Origin: an uncultured bacterium
GTDB lineage: Bacteria > Lernaellota > Lernaellaia > Lernaellales > Lernaellaceae
Assembly (NCBI GenBank): GCA_964534375.1
Contig: CAZHPN010000126.1
Span: forward strand, 1 to 18,824
DNA: 18,824 bases
Reading direction: 5' to 3'
In this document: positions 17,220-18,824 of the stretch, one piece after another
Position numbering within the stretch: position 1 is the first letter of the stretch
Layout: each line of letters opens with the position of its first letter
The notes under the pieces: model-generated
The model's database searches: none
Seen by the model: the letters and a program-made list of their open reading frames with translations, nothing else
Told to the model about the DNA's origin: nothing
Program-made: the position numbers and the translations under genes

Positions 17220-17408
17220 CTATCCGTCTGCGTCCGCTCGAACGCGACTTTTTCGGATTCGCCCCCGCCGCGGGCGGGGTGACGGACGACAAGAATGGAA
17301 ATTGGTGTTGTGTCCGGCGATTTCACGCGGGGGCTTCTTAACCTGCGCGGTTATGGGTATCCCTCGCATTGCCCGCCCTAGACAGAGTTCGGGCGGGCGC
17401 TTTGCGGT

Positions 17409-18824
17409 TCAATAGTCTTTCGAGTCAGCCTTGTTTCGTTCAATCGCTTGGCCGATCGCTGCTTTCATTTCAGCCCGATAGTCAATTCGCCTTCGCTCCT
17501 CTTGCCACCAAAGCGCCAGAACGATGTACGACTTCAGCGCAAGTGCCGCCTCGAGATACGTTACACTACCCGTTGATCCGAGACGATCGACACGGTGTGA
17601 CACTTTGTTTCTGAGTGGAATAAGTTCCGACAACGACCGGTTGACACGGGTCGGAAAAACAAGCGTTTTCTGGGGCTTGATTGCGACCTCTTCAAGCTCC
17701 GCTATCCTCGAAGAAAGTTGGTTGATCGTAGGAAGAATGTCATGAAGAACGGCTTCAAAAAGTCCGCACACCTCTGTATTCGCGCTGGTCTTTTGCTTTT
17801 CGTTGCTTAGATGTTCGCCGAGCTTCCGTTTTAGGTCGTCGAAAGGGGCATTTCTTTTGGGTCTTGAAGCCGCTTTTCCCTGTACCTCTTGGATTCCCGA
17901 ATTGAGTGCCGCAAGCAGATTCCCCAAGGGCGTCTCAGGTGCCTTGTCACGAAGATACGTTTCGAAGATTTCGACGATCAGTTCTTCGGCTCCGATACCG
18001 ACGGCGCGAATGGCATGAACGAAGCGGCTTTCTTGAACTTCGCCCAGTGTTTGAGATATCGCGCCTAAAACTGAGGTGTCGCGAAAAATATTTTGACGGG
18101 CCGCCAATTTCAACAATGGCATATACATCGAAAGTAATTGCGCCTCGGGAGAAAACACCTTCCGCAATTCGCTCTCATATTTCGCGACCGGCAGTAAATC
18201 GAAAAGCTTCTTGACCAACACGCAGTCGTCCTCCGCGAGCGCGTAAACCACAATACGGCCGTCCGTGTCCTGTTGCGCCTGGAAATATTGGCGGTCCCTG
18301 GTTGAAAAAACGTCGAGCGCCGACAACCGCTCCGGGACCGGTTGGAGCCGGCAGTCCCCGAATTTGTTGCCATAGAACAACGCGGCGGCGGCGAGCGCTT
18401 TTTTTTTGGCCGGACTTAGCTGCGTCGGCTCATTATTTAAATCTCGCCAGTATCGCGAATAGACCATGTCTTGCCGACGAAGCACGCGACGGTATTTGAA
18501 GGAGTCTCTGTCTTCTATAGATCGCGGATTGGCCTGTCCCTTTCTTTGCCTAGCCACGATATATCGAAGGTAAGCGAAAAGCCTCGGCACAATCGTCGCC
18601 GGAGCGTTAGCGGATTCGTCGTCATCCCTCGCAATAAAACGCGATCGATAAAAACGCATATTCTCGTCATCAAGATTTAGCAATTTATCGACGGCCCGGG
18701 CCGATTCGGAGGTTGGTTGAAGCGTCAGCGACCAAACGCCACTCTTTTGAGGGTTGGCGAGAAATTGTATTACTGACTCTCGCAAAATAGAGTGACAACG
18801 CTCCCGTTTTCTGGCAACATGCCG
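17409..18824 (-). CDS. Hypothetical protein with a C-terminal HEPN-like (DUF4145/Abi_C-like) domain; 5' end probably beyond the window
   Basis: The frame stays open from the TTG at 18785 to the window edge (RHVARKRERCHSI). HEPN-like pattern: HAIRAVGIGAEELI, PLGNLLAAL and LRNKVSH (Rx4H, nt 17595-17612). GC is markedly lower than in neighbouring genes. Confidence 0.75.
   Translation of the reverse strand, partial: RHVARKRERCHSILRESVIQFLANPQKSGVWSLTLQPTSESARAVDKLLNLDDENMRFYRSRFIARDDDESANAPATIVPRLFAYLRYIVARQRKGQANPRSIEDRDSFKYRRVLRRQDMVYSRYWRDLNNEPTQLSPAKKKALAAAALFYGNKFGDCRLQPVPERLSALDVFSTRDRQYFQAQQDTDGRIVVYALAEDDCVLVKKLFDLLPVAKYESELRKVFSPEAQLLSMYMPLLKLAARQNIFRDTSVLGAISQTLGEVQESRFVHAIRAVGIGAEELIVEIFETYLRDKAPETPLGNLLAALNSGIQEVQGKAASRPKRNAPFDDLKRKLGEHLSNEKQKTSANTEVCGLFEAVLHDILPTINQLSSRIAELEEVAIKPQKTLVFPTRVNRSLSELIPLRNKVSHRVDRLGSTGSVTYLEAALALKSYIVLALWWQEERRRIDYRAEMKAAIGQAIERNKADSKDY

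Noticed and set aside
16629..17326. ORFs with ANSEQRT / AVRCSLF heptapeptide repeats on both strands
   Set aside because: These are translations of a stop-free 7-bp DNA repeat that is open in several frames on both strands. There is no RBS or domain evidence.
17371..17398. Intrinsic terminator for the HEPN-like gene
   Set aside because: The 8-bp stem has a 12-nt loop and no U-tract on the minus strand, so it is kept only as an unexplained hairpin.
17335..17408. Integron attC site downstream of the foreign gene
   Set aside because: An AAC...GTT pair is present (minus strand CCATAAC-CGCGCAG-GTTAAGA), but it spans only about 21 nt. That is far too short for attC, and L boxes are missing.
17409..18824. 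Cas13-like effector
   Set aside because: Only one convincing Rx4H motif is visible and there is no CRISPR array. The missing N-terminus means it cannot be fully excluded.

Overview
This 18.8 kb window is GC-rich bacterial DNA, and every credible gene lies on the minus strand. The rpsA-sppA-ihfB-HIT-LapA order resembles delta-proteobacterial/Myxococcota-like genomes (inference). Reading in transcription direction (right to left), there are five blocks. (1) A 5'-truncated gene of about 50% GC encodes a protein with a C-terminal HEPN-like RNase motif (RNKVSH), a candidate toxin or defence effector. (2) About 1.2 kb of non-coding DNA is a patchwork of four different 7-bp tandem arrays and several REP/REPIN-like palindromes. 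(3) A TetR-led operon encodes a LolA-like lipoprotein-sorting protein, two FtsX/LolE-type permeases, an ABC ATPase and a probable outer-membrane beta-barrel; one permease carries an in-frame REP palindrome. (4) A core cluster contains rpsA, sppA, ihfB, a YfcE-type phosphoesterase, a HIT protein, a LapA-like protein, a TPR-SPOR protein, glutamate formiminotransferase and a cyclodeaminase; the last two are in frame and separated by one TAG plus a heptamer array. (5) An orphan membrane histidine kinase is followed by the N-terminus of an MrfA/YprA-type DEAD/DEAH helicase. I found no tRNA, rRNA, CRISPR array or transposase. All calls come from motif recognition by eye; no database search was run.
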